Assembly: GCA_051532035.1 (NCBI GenBank)
Contig: JAOPTW010000100.1
Span: forward strand, 1-11,162
DNA: 11,162 bases
Direction: 5' to 3'
Source: Fibrobacterales bacterium
GTDB taxonomy: Bacteria; Fibrobacterota; Fibrobacteria; Fibrobacterales; JAOPTW01
Both the position numbers and the translations under genes were made by a program. Under the pieces are notes generated by a model. It saw nothing but the letters and a program-made list of their open reading frames with translations. It had not been told where the DNA came from and made no database searches. Every line of letters begins with the position of its first letter. Within the stretch, counting starts at the first letter, position 1. Below, one piece after another: positions 6,932-11,162 of the stretch.

Positions 6932-9900
6932 TTAATCTTTTACAAAGGTAACATTTTGCGCTGTGACATCAAGAATGGTACGCCACTCTTTTTGAATTGC
7001 ACTATATTCCGAAGCATCGGCATAGAGTGGGTAGGTACTCCATTCAGTATTGAGTATGAATGGAGTGTCCTCTTTTAATGACGATTGTAAGGTGATATAG
7101 GTAAAATTGTTGTTGAGATACATTCGTTTATACAGGGCAGTATAGCCTTCAGGGGTGATAATCGTTGTGGTCGATTTAAAATAAGCGTGGTGGGGGAGCT
7201 TTATGGGGTGGTGACGTGTAGCGACTATAGGTAATTTTAAAAAACTCTGTTCCCAAAAATTTGGTATTGTTCCGGAAAGCGAATCATCGGCTATAGACCA
7301 GTAACTTGGCGTTGAAAAAATCACTTTCATAATTACAGGTTTTGAAAAGTTTGTGAGGTTCTCTATTTCGAGATGATTAATGGCTATATCAGGGAAATCA
7401 GTTTTGAGCCACTCAATAATTTGACGATGTCGAGAGTCTGGTGAAAGATCAAAAAGCGCTTCGCGAATTTGTGTTGCAAATTTACCGTCAATAGAAATGC
7501 TATCTTTGAATTCACTACTCCCATCTTTGTGAATTACGATAGTATGAAAAAGTCTTACTGTGTGTTCCTGTTCTATCTCTAACAGTGGTGTCGTAGTCAG
7601 CCGGGATTGTTTCCCATCAATGAGTAAAACATTTTTCCCTTCAAGTCCGATGGGGACTGCTCTATGTGAACCAATATTATCAGTGATGTCTATGTATTGC
7701 TCCCTCCAGCGGTCTCCTTGCGGTATATAGAGGATCATGTGATTAAACTGTTGTATTGTTGGAAGTGCAACAGAGGTTGGGCCATCTTGGTTCAGAAGTA
7801 CTAAATGTGAGGGTACTCCAATAGCATCGAGCATCTCTTTAAGAAGGAGTGATTGATCTTTGCAGTCACCATATCCTTGGTTAAGTGTGATGATTGATCG
7901 TCGAGGTACAATAGCATGACCGCCAAATGGTGCGTTTTGATACTCAATATATTTACGAACCCATTCTATAATATCATCAATTACTTTTTGGGTGTCTAAA
8001 GAATTATTTTGAATTTCAAAAGCCTTTTCTTTTATACCAAGGCTACTTTTAAATTGATGTTCTATCGATGATAGGTATCCACTGCCCACATCTTTCCAGC
8101 TTTGTTTATGGGAAAGGCGTACCCCTGTCCCATATTCTGTATAGTGTGGCATAAATTTTTCTCTGCGGATAACTTTGGGTTGAGTACTCGTCCAAGTGAT
8201 TCCGCCCTTGTGGACTTTCTTACTATTGTCGCCATACTCTTCATAGCTTAGATGATTGGTGTCAGCAAAGACAGTAAATTGATCTATATGAACGGGAATA
8301 TTGAGTGAAGATTTGTGGTCATAAAAGGGTATTTCATAGCTCTTCTCAACACTCGATCGGGTCAGTGTTACATGTACTACATCACCTATGGTTAGACCTT
8401 TAATGGGGAGATGAGCAAGTCGAGAACCAGTTGCTGCATTATTATCCATCTCATTACTTATGTAAAAATCTTTAAAAGGGACCTGTTTGGAACGGCTGTT
8501 TTTTCTTGTCATCACAGTGAGATTATTTACATAGAGGTAATCATATCCAGGCTCAAAGGGAAAGATCAATTCACTATACATATTGATGCCGGTACTATCG
8601 AGAATTTCAACAACGATCTCTTGGGTGTGTCGCCATTTTGTGGCCGGTTTAAAAAAGAGCCTGCTACTTTTATAGTGTACAAAGGCGTGGTTATTTTTTG
8701 AGCTGGTAGGGGTAGGGGTTAATAGGGTAGATGTCTCACGTGTTTGTCCAACGGGTTTAATCTTTTTCTTAAGTGCAGAAAGATCACTCTCTCCTAAAAA
8801 GCCATTAGTCGCAGCTAAAAAGCTATGGGCTTCATCATGATCTTTATTGAGGGCTAACGCTTTTTTTAGAGATTCTTGTGCATGACGAAACCGTTTTAAA
8901 AAGTATTGGCATTTACCTTTAAAGAGCCATGAGTGAAAACTTGGTCCCTGAGTTTTTGCGAGTTCTTGGGTTACAGAAAGGGCCTCCTCGTACCGCTTTT
9001 GAACAATCAGAGAAGTAACGAGAAATCCTGCAAGCTTTTCAGATATGCCAAAGTGTTCTTTAAGTTGGTACAGCAATTCTATGGCTTGTGAGTAATGCTC
9101 CAATCCCATATAGGTTTGAGCTAAGTAGAGGCCGACTCGGGATGATGGTTGCTTCTCGTAGAACTGCTTGACTACAACAAGTGATTGAGAGTGTTGTCCT
9201 TGAGCCCAAAGTACATCTGAGAGATTTATAGTTGCTTCATTATCAACTGGATTGAGCTCCAATGAAAGTGCATTGTATTGACGGGCCTTCTCGTACTGTT
9301 TGGTGGCTTCATACATTTCGGCGAGTACGCTTAATAGTTTTGCACTTTTTTTAACGGTCTCAATTTGCTCTTCGAAGTGTTGGATACCAGGACTAAAGAA
9401 TTGTTTTTCTTGATAAACATATGCGCAGTTGAGTAGGTGTAAGGTGTCGGTTGGGTTAAGTGAATTTGCCTTTTCAAAATAACCGAGAGCAATAAGTGGT
9501 TCGTTGTCTTTTAAATGGTGAATACCTATACTACTCATTAATGTTGCACTATTAATCTTTTCTGTTGGCGTAAGATGTTCGCTATATTTTTCTAAAGGGG
9601 TGAATGATGTTAATAGCTGCTCGATACCTTGTTGGTATTGTGGAAAAGTAATTCCTTGTGTCCACCCGAAAAGTGTTATCGCTCGTACGCCATCCCAATA
9701 GAAAATGCCCCGGTATTCAAAATCGATAGTTTGAATTACTCGTTTGATACTAAAAGAGTAAGCTTCCTTTGCATAAGGCACCTCAATTTTTTTGAACGAA
9801 GCTGAGGCTGTAGAAATATTCATGAGTTCAAGTTGATGAATGAGGAGCTGTTTGGCTCGAAGTGAGGTCCCACTTATTTTATGGGCCATAAGGTAAAAAG

Positions 9901-10273
9901 AGAGATCTTCATCTTCATTGATGAGTCCCAAACTTACTTCGGGTGCAAACTCAGAAACATTTGTCCATTGAAATAATTCTAGTTCTTGATTATTTAGGGT
10001 AAAGCCAAACTGAGTTGAATGATATTGTGCGAAAGGGATTCCCCTATTTTTTAGTATTGTGAGTTCATGAGGTGGGGTAAGAGTTGCGTCTTTTGTTTTG
10101 ATCGTTACCGGGGTAACGCTGACTGAGGTGTCTGATTTTGGATCATTCATATCTCCAAAAGTCGATGAACGTTGAGCGGTCCCAGCGCAGGAAATAAAAA
10201 TAAGTGAAGCAGTAAATAGAGAAAGGATGGATGATAGCAGAGACAATGCAGTACCTCGTAAAAGTTTTGCCAT
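6932..10273 (-). CDS. TPR-repeat, DUF3857 and transglutaminase-like domain protein, probable lipoprotein
   Basis: Hydrophobic signal ending FIS-C29 (lipobox-like). TPRs (ALGYFEKANSLNP, ARQYNALSLELNP, AQESLKKALALNK). DUF3857-like region (VEILDSTG...LPIKGLTIGDVV). Transglutaminase-like core GYGDCKD...FNHMILY...YIDIT (C804/H845/D862). Confidence 0.88.
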   Translation of the reverse strand: MAKLLRGTALSLLSSILSLFTASLIFISCAGTAQRSSTFGDMNDPKSDTSVSVTPVTIKTKDATLTPPHELTILKNRGIPFAQYHSTQFGFTLNNQELELFQWTNVSEFAPEVSLGLINEDEDLSFYLMAHKISGTSLRAKQLLIHQLELMNISTASASFKKIEVPYAKEAYSFSIKRVIQTIDFEYRGIFYWDGVRAITLFGWTQGITFPQYQQGIEQLLTSFTPLEKYSEHLTPTEKINSATLMSSIGIHHLKDNEPLIALGYFEKANSLNPTDTLHLLNCAYVYQEKQFFSPGIQHFEEQIETVKKSAKLLSVLAEMYEATKQYEKARQYNALSLELNPVDNEATINLSDVLWAQGQHSQSLVVVKQFYEKQPSSRVGLYLAQTYMGLEHYSQAIELLYQLKEHFGISEKLAGFLVTSLIVQKRYEEALSVTQELAKTQGPSFHSWLFKGKCQYFLKRFRHAQESLKKALALNKDHDEAHSFLAATNGFLGESDLSALKKKIKPVGQTRETSTLLTPTPTSSKNNHAFVHYKSSRLFFKPATKWRHTQEIVVEILDSTGINMYSELIFPFEPGYDYLYVNNLTVMTRKNSRSKQVPFKDFYISNEMDNNAATGSRLAHLPIKGLTIGDVVHVTLTRSSVEKSYEIPFYDHKSSLNIPVHIDQFTVFADTNHLSYEEYGDNSKKVHKGGITWTSTQPKVIRREKFMPHYTEYGTGVRLSHKQSWKDVGSGYLSSIEHQFKSSLGIKEKAFEIQNNSLDTQKVIDDIIEWVRKYIEYQNAPFGGHAIVPRRSIITLNQGYGDCKDQSLLLKEMLDAIGVPSHLVLLNQDGPTSVALPTIQQFNHMILYIPQGDRWREQYIDITDNIGSHRAVPIGLEGKNVLLIDGKQSRLTTTPLLEIEQEHTVRLFHTIVIHKDGSSEFKDSISIDGKFATQIREALFDLSPDSRHRQIIEWLKTDFPDIAINHLEIENLTNFSKPVIMKVIFSTPSYWSIADDSLSGTIPNFWEQSFLKLPIVATRHHPIKLPHHAYFKSTTTIITPEGYTALYKRMYLNNNFTYITLQSSLKEDTPFILNTEWSTYPLYADASEYSAIQKEWRTILDVTAQNVTFVKD

Positions 10274-10432
10274 TATAAATGTACAATTTTCTCTAAATAT
10301 TACCTTTTATTCGGTAATAAACGGTGGGAGATGGGCAGGCGAACTGCAGCTGTTACAATGGGAACGGTGAGGTTCATTTGCGAAGGATTTCATGTGATGA
10401 ATTCACGTTTACCCCCTGCTATATATTGGTTA

Positions 10433-10454
10433 AAATGTGAATGAATTCACAATA
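10433..10454. promoter_or_regulatory. Palindromic transcription-factor operator (Rex or CRP-family type) upstream of gap
   Basis: AAATGTGAATGAATTCACAATA contains TGTGA-N6-TCACA (CRP core) and ATGTGAA-N4-TTCACAA (10435-10452; 13 of 14 arm positions of the Rex consensus TTGTGAA-N4-TTCACAA). Confidence 0.7.
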
Positions 10455-10475
10455 GAACTTGATTTTTGGTATACT
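10446..10475 (+). promoter_or_regulatory. sigma70-type promoter of gap with extended -10
   Basis: TTCACA (10446-10451; one mismatch to TTGACA), 18-bp spacer, TATACT (10470-10475) preceded by TGn (10467-10469). Confidence 0.6.
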
Positions 10476-10507
10476 AATTTCTAAACTGTCAGCAACAAAA
10501 AAATTAA

Positions 10508-11162
<655 letters not shown>

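Noticed and set aside
6334..8701. ORFs 6334..6579, 6637..6834, 8062..8244 and 8411..8701
   Set aside because: Short ORFs nested in well-supported minus-strand genes with no independent coding evidence.
8706..8719. GGTAGG-type short tandem repeat
   Set aside because: Only about two units; it encodes a Pro/Thr linker (TPTPT) in the large protein and is not a contingency locus.
10327..10358. Superficial resemblance to a fluoride riboswitch (GGAGATGG...AACTGC...GCTG)
   Set aside because: The complementary CTCC strand of P1 and the conserved GCTRATG segment are missing.
859..10430. Genomic island, prophage, defence system or CRISPR array between eno and gap
   Set aside because: No integrase, transposase, phage gene, nuclease motif, att-like flanking repeat or repeat-spacer array was seen.

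Overview
AT-rich bacterial chromosomal window, probably from a diderm (Gram-negative-type) organism; the lineage cannot be fixed from sequence alone. Two truncated glycolytic genes on the + strand bracket it: the 3' part of enolase (1..798, followed by an intrinsic terminator) and the 5' part of a GapA-type GAPDH (10529..>11162, missed by the ORF track). Between them are three modules. (i) Three co-oriented signal-peptide-bearing envelope genes: a PAP2 phosphatase, a DUF3943-like protein and a probable outer-membrane beta-barrel, all ending in a beta-strand with terminal Phe. (ii) A soluble PAS histidine kinase coupled to an NtrC-type sigma54 response regulator, with its own sigma70-type promoter. 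(iii) A minus-strand pair encoding a 1113-aa TPR/DUF3857/transglutaminase-like probable lipoprotein and an EI24/CysZ-like membrane protein. The clearest non-coding signal is a Rex/CRP-type palindrome overlapping the predicted gap -35 box, with a degenerate second copy about 44 bp upstream. I saw no mobile element, CRISPR array, tRNA or rRNA. I cannot demonstrate a new biological system here; the best candidates are the envelope trio and the transglutaminase-lipoprotein/EI24 pair.
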